Positions 1-8,490 of a stretch of DNA of 64,000 nt are shown in pieces. Source of the stretch: Alphaproteobacteria bacterium (GTDB lineage Bacteria; Pseudomonadota; Alphaproteobacteria; Rs-D84; CACZYB01); the NCBI GenBank assembly GCA_017938435.1, contig JAGBBO010000008.1, positions 74,525 to 138,524 of the forward strand. Direction: 5' to 3'. Every line of letters begins with the position of its first letter. Positions within the stretch are counted from its first letter, which is position 1. Position numbers and translations under genes: made by a program. Under the pieces are notes generated by a model. The model ran no database searches, was not told where the DNA came from, and saw nothing but the letters and a program-made list of their open reading frames with translations.

Positions 1-444
1 ATAGTTTCAGTGCTTTTTGCAATTTCGTGTGTTCTTAGACTTGCAAGGTTTAATGTTATGACAGGTGATGAAGAAGTGCCTGAGTATTGGCATTATTTCT
101 TTACCGGTGTTCCGGCACCTGCTGGTGCATTGATGGCACTTACACCAATTATGCTTTATACAGCGACGGATGAAAAAATCTTTACTTGCCCTTATATTTG
201 TATGGGATGGATGATTTTGGTTGCGTTGTTGATGATAAGTAGAATCCCAACATTGTCATTGAAAAAAATGACAGTAGCAAAAAACAATGTTCCTGTATTT
301 TTGCTTTGTTTCGTTCTTTTCTTGGGAATGATGTATTTTCATTTTTGGGTAACAGCATCATTTATTTGGACATTTTATATTTTGACTGTTCCATATGCTT
401 GTATTAAATTTTTGAGAATGAAGAAAAGTTTTGAGGCAAAATAA
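1..444 (+). CDS. pssA: CDP-diacylglycerol--serine O-phosphatidyltransferase (PssA-like), 5' end outside window
   Basis: C-terminal hydrophobic CDP-alcohol phosphatidyltransferase-like sequence (ARFNVM...GVPAPAGA). The frame is open to the window edge. Confidence 0.5.
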   Translation: MVSVLFAISCVLRLARFNVMTGDEEVPEYWHYFFTGVPAPAGALMALTPIMLYTATDEKIFTCPYICMGWMILVALLMISRIPTLSLKKMTVAKNNVPVFLLCFVLFLGMMYFHFWVTASFIWTFYILTVPYACIKFLRMKKSFEAK

Positions 445-809
445 TGAAACATCAATATACTGGAATCAAAAGAATTATTTCTGCATTTAAAAATTCATTT
501 GATGGTTTTTTGTATGCTGTGCGAGAAGAGGAGGCATTTAGGCAAGATTTGCTTTTGTGTGCCGTTCTTTTTGTCGTAGTTTATTTTTTACCTGTATTGA
601 AGGTGGAAAAAATAATTCTTTGTTCAGGTATGTTTTTTGTGCTTTTTGCTGAACTTACCAATTCTGGTATAGAGGCATGTATTGACAGGATTTCTCCGGA
701 ATGGCACAGTTTATCAAAGGCCGCGAAGGATATAGGAAGTTTACTTGTCCTTTTGTCTTTTATTTACCTGATTTTTGTTTGGGTAATGATTTGCTGGAAA
801 TTTATTTAA
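444..809 (+). CDS. dgkA: diacylglycerol kinase
   Basis: 121 aa with 3 TM segments and DgkA family motifs (FAELTNSGIEACIDRIS). Start overlaps the pssA stop (ATGA). Confidence 0.75.
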   Translation: MKHQYTGIKRIISAFKNSFDGFLYAVREEEAFRQDLLLCAVLFVVVYFLPVLKVEKIILCSGMFFVLFAELTNSGIEACIDRISPEWHSLSKAAKDIGSLLVLLSFIYLIFVWVMICWKFI

Positions 810-812
810 AAT

Positions 813-840
813 GAAAACCTCTTTGGAGGTTTTTGTTTTA
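813..840 (+). terminator. rho-independent terminator after dgkA
   Basis: Hairpin aaaacctctttggaggtttt followed by a T-run. Confidence 0.6.
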
Positions 841-915
841 TCTTAAAAATCAAACAAGCGTTTGAATTTTGTTTTTTTTAGTTTATTTTAATGGAATTTT
901 TTCTTTTTTTTGTTA

Positions 916-944
916 TTGACAATTTATTTTTTTTTGTTTAATAT
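916..944 (+). promoter_or_regulatory. sigma70-like promoter (TTGACA-17-TAATAT) for the 1002 ORF
   Basis: Consensus -35 with a 17-bp spacer. It is near-identical to the promoter at 49937-49964. Confidence 0.55.
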
Positions 945-1001
945 AATGAGCAAGCGATTCGAAAATGGGTCGTATAATAAGTAAAAATATGGGGGTTAAA
1001 A

Positions 1002-1583
1002 ATGAGAAAAAAGACATTTGTTGAAGAATTACATGAACCACATATTGATTTTTCTGATATAAGTGATTTTTTTATTAATACTATTCCTGGTAGTATTATA
1101 TTGGTGTTGGGTATGTTTGCAGCTGGAGTATTTGGAATATATAAATTGGCTGATAAAGGCTTTGAAAAGTTTGAGAGTAATACTACTTATGGTATAAGCG
1201 AAGCTACTATTTTAGCAAAACTTTCACAACAAGATGTTTCTGGAAATGGATATACTGTTTTTACTAAACCTATTGAAACAAAATGTGATTATGAATTTGT
1301 TTTGGATATTGATAATGATGGCGTTTATGATAAAAATAAAGATATTATTATAGAAGGTGAAAAAATACCTTTTGTAATTGCAAAAGAAAATAACAAAGCT
1401 GTTTTATTTGAACAAAAGGATAAATTAGGTGAAGTAAAAGTTAGAAAACTTATTGGGATTGTTGATAAAAATAATAAGTGTAATGTTGTTGGAGATATTC
1501 CTAGTGATAAGTATCGTGAAAAAAATGAATCTTATCAAAAAGCAAAACAACTTTTCGAAGATAACTATTTGAACCAAAGATAA
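1002..1583 (+). CDS. hypothetical membrane-anchored protein, paralog A of a duplicated cassette
   Basis: 193 aa with an N-terminal TM helix. About 40% identical to the ORF at 50032-50559 (LDIDxDGxYxKNKDI; C-terminal KNES...NQR). Has an RBS and its own promoter and terminator. Confidence 0.7.
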   Translation: MRKKTFVEELHEPHIDFSDISDFFINTIPGSIILVLGMFAAGVFGIYKLADKGFEKFESNTTYGISEATILAKLSQQDVSGNGYTVFTKPIETKCDYEFVLDIDNDGVYDKNKDIIIEGEKIPFVIAKENNKAVLFEQKDKLGEVKVRKLIGIVDKNNKCNVVGDIPSDKYREKNESYQKAKQLFEDNYLNQR

Positions 1584-1599
1584 TTTCTTTACTTTAAAT

Positions 1600-1630
1600 A
1601 AAACCCCGTCATTTGATGGGGTTATTTTTT
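1600..1630. terminator. bidirectional rho-independent terminator
   Basis: Hairpin aaaaccccgtcatttgatggggtt followed by a T-run. Sits between two convergent genes. Confidence 0.6.
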
Positions 1631-2767
1631 TACTGCGAAATTTTTACCTTCCTTTGGTAAAAGTATATAATATGAACCTTGGGCGTGTTGACGGCCAGCC
1701 TTTGAAAATGCACGTTTTCCTTTGCCCCAGAATAGGTCGGCACGAATTGCACCTTTGATTGCAGCCCCAATATCTTGGGCAACTACGGTGCGTTCGATTT
1801 TTTCACCATCGGCATCCTTTGTCGTTAAGAATAAAGGAAGTCCCAATGGAATAAATTCAGGATCAACAGCAATGCTTCGTTCAGGTGTAAGTGGAACACC
1901 CATTGCCCCAATTGGCCCTTCACCTTCTATATCTCGGAAGAATATATATCTGTCATTTTCAAGGATAAGTTTTTTTGTTTGGGTTGGATGAGAGTCGAGC
2001 CAAGCCTTTACCGAAGTCATAGAATACCCGCCTTCGGGTTTTATATTATGCCTCATTAAAATAGAACCAATTCCTTTGAATGAATAGCCGTTATTTCCAG
2101 CATATCCAATGCGGTAATATTTTCCATTCGGAGTTTTTACGACGCCGGACCCTTGGATATGAAGGAGTATTACATCAGACTGATTTTTCGCCCAGAAAAG
2201 GACAGGTGCCTTATTTCTTAACTTTCCATTTTCAATTTCACGACGGGAAAGATATTTACCACCATTTGCCGGTAAATCCGAAGGTTTTCCATAAATTGGG
2301 TTAAGGTATGAACAAGATGGTTTTATGTCACCTTCTAATTCAGTTTCATAGTAACCAGTAATAGTTCCAGTCGTAGAATTATCCATAGTTTGAACCTTGT
2401 ATGGTGCGAACCAATATTCAAAATAAGTTTTTGCCAACTCCTTTGTAATAGGGGTTTCTGGAATTGCATTACATGCGTTTTTCATAAAATCTGCAGAAAT
2501 AACAATTTGTGATGAGGCAACGAAATCACCTTCGGACATAATTTTTATACATGATTTTTTAAATGCTTCCAAAGCCTTACTTGGGTCGTCGGTTTGCCAA
2601 CCAGAAAGATCCGAAAACTTGAGTTCGGTAAGTTTCATCTTTTTTTCAGATTTTTTGAATGAAATTCGATTATCAATGCGAGATGAACGGCAGGAGCTTA
2701 GCCCTAAACAGACTATACTCACAAATTTTAAAAGATTTATTTTCTCTCCTGCCATTTGTTCCCTCAT
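1622..2767 (-). CDS. mltA: membrane-bound lytic murein transglycosylase A (MltA-like, 3D domain) lipoprotein
   Basis: Signal peptide with lipobox LGLSSC. MltA-like domain order. Confidence 0.6.
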   Translation of the reverse strand: MREQMAGEKINLLKFVSIVCLGLSSCRSSRIDNRISFKKSEKKMKLTELKFSDLSGWQTDDPSKALEAFKKSCIKIMSEGDFVASSQIVISADFMKNACNAIPETPITKELAKTYFEYWFAPYKVQTMDNSTTGTITGYYETELEGDIKPSCSYLNPIYGKPSDLPANGGKYLSRREIENGKLRNKAPVLFWAKNQSDVILLHIQGSGVVKTPNGKYYRIGYAGNNGYSFKGIGSILMRHNIKPEGGYSMTSVKAWLDSHPTQTKKLILENDRYIFFRDIEGEGPIGAMGVPLTPERSIAVDPEFIPLGLPLFLTTKDADGEKIERTVVAQDIGAAIKGAIRADLFWGKGKRAFSKAGRQHAQGSYYILLPKEGKNFAVKK

Positions 2768-2834
2768 TTCGACTTTTTTATAATATCATATTTTTGAGGT
2801 CCTTGCAACAGGGTATTTTATTTTTTTTTGATTT

Positions 2835-3566
2835 TTATAAAAAATTTTCTTTTGTAAGTTCGCCGGATATGATTTTTTTTGTTTCATTTCCGGTGTCAAG
2901 TATAAGTGCACCGGTCTTGTCCAAGCCACAAAACTTTCCTGTAAGTGTTTGATTTTGAGATGAAATATGTATTTCTTCACCAAATTTATACATATATGGA
3001 GTTATAAAAGAAATAATTTTTTCAAAATTTTCGTTATTCCTTATATTTATATTATTTATGAATTTTTCAAGTATAATTTTTGCTAAATCTGTGGGTAAAA
3101 TGTTTATTTTATTTTTGGAAAGTGCAGTTGTTGGGTAGCGTGTAAGTTCAGCTGCAGGAGAGGAATTTATATTTAATCCAATTCCTATAATTACAGAATT
3201 TTCCTCCTTTTCAATTAAAATACCACAAAGTTTTTGTTTATTAAGTAAAATATCATTTGGCCATTTTATTTTAATACTATTTTTGTTTGTATCAATTTGT
3301 TCAATGCTTTGAGCAATGGCAAGTGCAGATAAAAAGGCATATTCAGGAAGTTTTTTTTCATCATCTAGTTTTGTTAATATGGTAAAATAAAGGTTGCCTT
3401 TGGGACTTATCCATCCTTGTTTTTTTGTTGTGCGACCAGCAGTTTGAGTATCAGCGATTATGACCTTGTTTGTTAGTCCAAGTTTACATAATGTTTTGGC
3501 ATAGTTGTTTGTGCTGTCTATTGTTTCAAAGTGGATAAATTCAAATTCGTTTTTTGTTATTGTCAT
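2835..3566 (-). CDS. birA: biotin--[acetyl-CoA-carboxylase] ligase
   Basis: 243 aa with a GRxxRxW-like biotin-binding motif (TAGRTTKKQGW) and the C-terminal domain. Confidence 0.65.
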   Translation of the reverse strand: MTITKNEFEFIHFETIDSTNNYAKTLCKLGLTNKVIIADTQTAGRTTKKQGWISPKGNLYFTILTKLDDEKKLPEYAFLSALAIAQSIEQIDTNKNSIKIKWPNDILLNKQKLCGILIEKEENSVIIGIGLNINSSPAAELTRYPTTALSKNKINILPTDLAKIILEKFINNINIRNNENFEKIISFITPYMYKFGEEIHISSQNQTLTGKFCGLDKTGALILDTGNETKKIISGELTKENFL

Positions 3567-3634
3567 AATCTTGCCTTTGTTTGTTGTGTATTATGGCATA
3601 TAATGGATGTTAAATCAATTATTAACTTGAATTT

Positions 3635-3901
3635 TTGTATTTTCATAATTATCTTTTAATTATGTTAGTAAAGTTTTTAATTGTAATTATTAGAGGATAC
3701 CAAATTTTTATTTCCCCACTTTTTGGTGGTAGATATAGATGCCGATTTTTCCCAAGATGTTCGGATTATTCTATTGAAGTTTTGAAAAATTTTGGTATAG
3801 TTAAGGGCAGTTATTTAACAATAAAAAGAATTTTACGCTGTAATCCATTTTGTGAAGGGGGATATGACCCTGTACCACAAAGGAATAATGAAAGGAAATA
3901 A
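3635..3901 (+). CDS. yidD: membrane protein insertion efficiency factor YidD
   Basis: 88 aa with conserved Cys residues (FFPRCSDY...RCNPF). Lies immediately upstream of yidC. Confidence 0.8.
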   Translation: MYFHNYLLIMLVKFLIVIIRGYQIFISPLFGGRYRCRFFPRCSDYSIEVLKNFGIVKGSYLTIKRILRCNPFCEGGYDPVPQRNNERK

Positions 3902-3904
3902 ATT

Positions 3905-5572
3905 ATGGAAAAAAATGTGACTCCAAATATGCAAAGACCAAGTTTTTTTAAAACATTTTTGTATGTATTTTGTGTTTTTATGCTTCTTAATATGATATTT
4001 GGAAAAAAGAAAGAGGAACTTCCTACTATAAATCCAATGACTTTAACAAAAAAGGTCGAAGTTAAAAGAAATTTAATTCCTTTTGAAACAGAATCATTAA
4101 AGGGTAATTTTAATTCTGTTGGTTTAAGAGTTGATGATATAATCCTTAAAAAATATAAGGAAACTTTGGCAAAAGATTCACCAAATGTTGAACTTTTAAA
4201 ATATGTTAAAGATGAAAAAGATGATAAAGAAAAATCTTCGTATGTGGAATTTGGTTTACTTCCTGTGAGTGAAAATCAAAACTTTTTTCCAACAAATATG
4301 ACTGAATGGAAAATTGTTTCTAAATCAGATAATAAGGTTGTTTTGGAATGGACTAATTCTAAAAAAATTAAGTTTACAAGAGAACTTTCTTTTGATGAAA
4401 ATTATATGCTTACTGTTAAAGATACTGTGAAAAATAATTCGAATAAGGATGTGGAATTTTATCCTTATGCTAGGGTTGTGAAATCTCAGGATATGTATGC
4501 ACCCGTATCATCTTCTCATACAGGATTTGTCGCATATTTGAATGGAACATTAGAAGAATATAGATATGGAAAAATTGCAGATAAAAAACTTTATGAGTTT
4601 AATTCAAAGGATGGTTGGCTTGGTTTTGGTTCTGATTATTTTATGTCAATTTTGGTTCCTGATGAAAATAATCAAAGTTTTACGGCTAGGGTTTTGGAAC
4701 TTTCTGATGTTTCAATGCCAAAGACATCACAGATACGATATAAGCAATATCAAGCTGATTATGTTAGGGATGTTATAAGCGTTGCGCCGAATAAAAGTGA
4801 AACTGTTGTGTCGAGGGTATATATCGGTGCAAAAGAGTCATCAGTGATTGCAAAATATGAAAAGGAATTTTCAATTCCAAAGTTTGATTTAGTTATTGAT
4901 TATGGATACTTTTACATACTATCAAAACCATTTACAAAAATTTTAAAGTGGTTTTATGACTTTACTGGAAATTTTGGAGTAGCAATCATTTTGTTCACTA
5001 TTTTGATTAGGGCATTACTTTTCCCTATTGCTCAAAAATCATTTAAAAGTATGGAAAAAATGAAAAAGATGCAACCGGAGATGAAGCGTATTCAGGCTAT
5101 GTATGCAGGAAATAAACAAATGATGAATATGCAACTTGCAATGCTTTACAAAAAACATGGGATAAATCCGCTTTCAGGCTGTTTGCCAATGCTTGTTCAG
5201 ATACCAGTATTTTTTGCTCTTTATAAATCATTAGTAATTTCTATTGAAATGAGGCAGGCACCGTTTATTTGGTGGATAAAAGATTTATCGGCACCGGATC
5301 CAACAAGTGTGTTTAATCTTTTTGGACTTTTGCCATTTACACCATATTCATGGCTTCCACATCTTGGAGTATTGCCACTTCTTATGGGTTTAACTATGTA
5401 TATTCAACAAAAGATGCAACCAATGGTTTCAACCGATGCAACACAGGCAAAAATGATGAAATTTTTACCATTTATCTTTATCCTTATGTTCGGTGGACTT
5501 CCTAGTGGTTTGGTTCTTTATTGGACTGTTAATAATATTTTGAGTATTATACAACAAAAATATATAAAATAG
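3905..5572 (+). CDS. yidC: membrane protein insertase YidC
   Basis: 555 aa with an N-terminal TM, a periplasmic domain and the conserved C-terminal 5-TM core (GCLPMLVQIPVFFALY). Confidence 0.9.
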   Translation: MEKNVTPNMQRPSFFKTFLYVFCVFMLLNMIFGKKKEELPTINPMTLTKKVEVKRNLIPFETESLKGNFNSVGLRVDDIILKKYKETLAKDSPNVELLKYVKDEKDDKEKSSYVEFGLLPVSENQNFFPTNMTEWKIVSKSDNKVVLEWTNSKKIKFTRELSFDENYMLTVKDTVKNNSNKDVEFYPYARVVKSQDMYAPVSSSHTGFVAYLNGTLEEYRYGKIADKKLYEFNSKDGWLGFGSDYFMSILVPDENNQSFTARVLELSDVSMPKTSQIRYKQYQADYVRDVISVAPNKSETVVSRVYIGAKESSVIAKYEKEFSIPKFDLVIDYGYFYILSKPFTKILKWFYDFTGNFGVAIILFTILIRALLFPIAQKSFKSMEKMKKMQPEMKRIQAMYAGNKQMMNMQLAMLYKKHGINPLSGCLPMLVQIPVFFALYKSLVISIEMRQAPFIWWIKDLSAPDPTSVFNLFGLLPFTPYSWLPHLGVLPLLMGLTMYIQQKMQPMVSTDATQAKMMKFLPFIFILMFGGLPSGLVLYWTVNNILSIIQQKYIK

Positions 5573-5579
5573 GTGAAAT

Positions 5580-6185
5580 ATGAAGTTAAAAGATTTTTAT
5601 AAAAATAAACCTGTTTTTGTTGGAAGTTTTCCAAGTGTTATGCAAATTCCTTTTTCAAATTTAAGGGAGATTGCATTTATTGGTAGATCAAATGTTGGAA
5701 AATCATCTCTTATAAATGCTGTGTTTAATACTCCGGGGTTGGCTAAGACTTCGGCAACACCAGGAAGAACACAACAACTTAATTTTTTTAATATGCAAGA
5801 TTGTCTTATGATTGTCGATTTGCCGGGGTATGGTTTTGCAAAGGCTCCGAAAGATGTTGTGAAAAATTGGAATGATAATGTTAATACTTATTTAAAGGGT
5901 AGAGCACAACTTCGTCGTGTATTTTTACTTATTGATTGTAGGCAAGGGCTTAAACAAGTAGATTTAGATATGATGAAAATGCTTGATAATTCGGCTGTGA
6001 ATTATCAGGTGGTTCTTACTAAACTGGATAAGGTTTCTATGAAAGAAGCAGAAAAGGTTAGGGAGGATATTTCTAATATTTATAAAGAGCATGCGGCGAT
6101 GCATCCAGTGGTTCTTTTGAGTAGTAGTGAAAAAGCTATTGGATTAGACGAAATTCGCGGGGAAATTTTTGATTTGATAAAATAA
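5580..6185 (+). CDS. engB: ribosome biogenesis GTP-binding protein YihA/EngB
   Basis: G1 motif GRSNVGKSSLIN. Conserved synteny with yidC. Confidence 0.85.
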   Translation: MKLKDFYKNKPVFVGSFPSVMQIPFSNLREIAFIGRSNVGKSSLINAVFNTPGLAKTSATPGRTQQLNFFNMQDCLMIVDLPGYGFAKAPKDVVKNWNDNVNTYLKGRAQLRRVFLLIDCRQGLKQVDLDMMKMLDNSAVNYQVVLTKLDKVSMKEAEKVREDISNIYKEHAAMHPVVLLSSSEKAIGLDEIRGEIFDLIK

Positions 6186-6249
6186 TTGATGTATTATCTT
6201 GTTGTAATTATCGGATTTTTTCTTTGCTAAACTTTTATATACAAAATAC

Positions 6250-6278
6250 TTGACAAAACTAAAAATTTGTTGTAATTT
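6250..6278 (+). promoter_or_regulatory. sigma70-like promoter upstream of the OMP gene
   Basis: TTGACA, a 17-bp spacer, then TAATTT. Confidence 0.35.
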
Positions 6279-6312
6279 ATGTCTAAATTGAAATTTAAAC
6301 AGGAGAATTACA

Positions 6313-7266
6313 ATGAAAAATGCTGTTAAAAGTTTGGTTTTAATTTGGTTAGCAACTATTGCTTCACCTGTATTTGCCGAGGATTTATTTGCAAATCGTG
6401 ATGGTTTGGAGAAAATGTATATTTCCAAAAATAAGGATAGGGCGTATGATAAAAATCCTGTGGAATATAGATATATTTATGTGAAGGAAAACTATACTGA
6501 AACAGATAATGAAAAAAATAGTTTTGCTGATGATGTGGAAAAAACAAAAGAGCAAGTAGAAGAAAAGCAAGTAGAAAAAGAGGATTTGCCAAGACTTAAA
6601 AGAATTTATATTGCTGCATATGGTGGATATTTTTACACAAAAGATGATATGGTTTTTGAAGATGTGAAGAAGTGTTCAGGTGCATATAACCAATTCTTTT
6701 GTGCAGATGAAGAATCAAATCCAATAAATGTTGAATACAAAGATGATTATTTCCTTTCTGCTGCGTTTGGTATAAATTCTGCAGATATGCTTCGTTTGGA
6801 ACTTTCATATTTTCGTTTAGGCAAAGAAATTGATATGGAAGGTTTGAACGAAGTTAATGGTGTTACTCAGAAATATATTAGTGGTATTGATTTAAGAGGT
6901 GGTTCAATCAACCTTTATTTGGATTTAGTTGGTGATAGAAGACAGCCATATTTTGCTTTTGTTCCTTATCTTATGGCAGGTATTGGTGCATCACAAATTG
7001 ATCTTGATGATATTGTGTTTACAGAAGCATCTTCTTCTTATACAATTACAGGAAAAGAGCAAAGAAATAAGACTGTGATTTTGGGTGCGGGATTTACTGC
7101 TGGACTTAATAATTATATTTCTCTTGATATAGGTTATAGATTTTATAATTTTGGAAAAATTAGAACAGATGTTGGTATGAGTGATGGCGTGAATACTTAT
7201 GATGTTCAATTAGAATCTGATTTGAAAGCACATATTGCGACAATAGGTTTAAAACTACAAATATAG
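6313..7266 (+). CDS. outer membrane beta-barrel protein (Omp25/OmpA-like porin family)
   Basis: Signal peptide ending VFA. Alternating amphipathic strands with aromatic-rich segments in the C-terminal half. Confidence 0.5.
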   Translation: MKNAVKSLVLIWLATIASPVFAEDLFANRDGLEKMYISKNKDRAYDKNPVEYRYIYVKENYTETDNEKNSFADDVEKTKEQVEEKQVEKEDLPRLKRIYIAAYGGYFYTKDDMVFEDVKKCSGAYNQFFCADEESNPINVEYKDDYFLSAAFGINSADMLRLELSYFRLGKEIDMEGLNEVNGVTQKYISGIDLRGGSINLYLDLVGDRRQPYFAFVPYLMAGIGASQIDLDDIVFTEASSSYTITGKEQRNKTVILGAGFTAGLNNYISLDIGYRFYNFGKIRTDVGMSDGVNTYDVQLESDLKAHIATIGLKLQI

Positions 7267-7286
7267 TTTTCATTTTTTTGTTATTA

Positions 7287-7313
7287 AAAAGCCCTCAAAT
7301 TTCGAGGGCTTTT
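7287..7313. terminator. bidirectional rho-independent terminator
   Basis: aaaagccctcaaatttcgagggctttt. Confidence 0.65.
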
Positions 7314-7315
7314 AT

Positions 7316-7831
7316 TTATCTTGATCTTGAATTTAATTCAACAAGTTGAATATCTCGCTTTATTCTTGTTCCATCTTTTGTTATTTCAATTAGATAACCA
7401 TCGTTATCATAGTAATAATTACGATATTCAATTACGCATATTCTGTTGTCATAGTGAGGGACCCAATGTTGTTCAATGGCTCTTTTTTCTTTTGGGTTTT
7501 GTTCCTGTTTTTCAATAGCTTTGTTTTTTAAACGAATATCTTCAAGAGTTCTTAATTTATCAGAAGAAACAGAATCTTTTAATGCAATATTGGTTGCTTC
7601 TTTTAATCTTATTGCGTTGTAAGTTAATTCTTGGAAAAGTTCATCATTTGGTTGAACTTCCCAAACTTCGCGTCTTGCAATAATGAAATCAAGAGTTTCG
7701 GAAATATTTTGAATATTGTTCCATTGTTTATCAAGATTTTTATCATATCTTACGGTATTCAAATATCTTTTTGCATCAACAAGAATTTCTTCTAAATCGC
7801 GTTTTGTTATTTTAAAATCTGCCATTATCAT
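7316..7831 (-). CDS. hypothetical protein
   Basis: 171 aa, charged, no recognisable domain. Likely co-transcribed with the upstream acetyltransferase (10-bp gap). Confidence 0.5.
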   Translation of the reverse strand: MIMADFKITKRDLEEILVDAKRYLNTVRYDKNLDKQWNNIQNISETLDFIIARREVWEVQPNDELFQELTYNAIRLKEATNIALKDSVSSDKLRTLEDIRLKNKAIEKQEQNPKEKRAIEQHWVPHYDNRICVIEYRNYYYDNDGYLIEITKDGTRIKRDIQLVELNSRSR

Positions 7832-7841
7832 TATAATATCC

Positions 7842-8396
7842 TTATTTTTTTAATATTCCAAGATCATAAAGAGGTTTTAAAACTTTTTCTTTATCTCGTT
7901 TTTTAATAGGTTTTATTGGTGTGCCAGCATACACAGTCCATTCTTCGAATGGATAATTTTCAGGAACAAAACTTAATGCTCCTATTGTAACACCTTCGGG
8001 AATATGATTGTTTGGCATAACGACAGAATTTGCACCAATACCAGTGTATTTTTCCATCACAACATCACCCATTATTTCACGGACAGTAGGAACAGCATGT
8101 GTGACAAGTTCATTTACATAGTCGTTGCTTGAAAGCCAAATTTTTACACCAGATGAAAGTGATGAAAATCCCTTCATAGTAAAAGAATGTTTTCCGCCAC
8201 CACCTGCAATGGAAGTATATGGTGCAATTTCAACATAATCACCAATATTTGCTTCACAAGAAATACGACAATAATCGGCAATACGACAATGGTCGCCAAC
8301 GGTTAAAAGGTGAGGCTTTTTTAAAAGAGTGTATTCACCAAGTTCAAATTCTTTACCATAACTTTTTATTTTGCTTAAAATTTCTTCTTTATCCAT
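7842..8396 (-). CDS. hexapeptide-repeat (LbH) sugar O-acetyltransferase-like protein
   Basis: 184 aa with left-handed beta-helix hexapeptide repeats (CRIADYCRISCEANIGDYVEIAPYTSIAGGGG). Confidence 0.6.
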   Translation of the reverse strand: MDKEEILSKIKSYGKEFELGEYTLLKKPHLLTVGDHCRIADYCRISCEANIGDYVEIAPYTSIAGGGGKHSFTMKGFSSLSSGVKIWLSSNDYVNELVTHAVPTVREIMGDVVMEKYTGIGANSVVMPNNHIPEGVTIGALSFVPENYPFEEWTVYAGTPIKPIKKRDKEKVLKPLYDLGILKK

Positions 8397-8490
8397 ATTA
8401 TTCTTTCAATTATTTGTGTTTAATAGTTTTATGCTAGCTTTTTTTTAAGAGTATTGCAAATCAATTTTTTGTAATAAATAGAAATAATTC

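Noticed and set aside
1722-1991. 89-aa + strand ORF inside the mltA region, and many similar 60-170-aa ORFs antisense to or nested in long genes (e.g. 2080-2304, 4566-4778, 12088-12336, 16892-17156, 18002-18421, 23853-24135, 28030-28284, 28909-29412, 54330-54620, 54708-55295)
   Set aside because: They overlap well-supported long CDSs on the opposite strand or in another frame. They have low-complexity composition typical of antisense reading of AT-rich genes, and no RBS.
6144-6592. Minus-strand ORFs (94, 78, 61 aa) overlapping the engB end and the OMP gene start
   Set aside because: They are antisense to better-supported genes and to the promoter region. Their composition is Phe/Leu/Ile-rich from AT-rich reverse reading.
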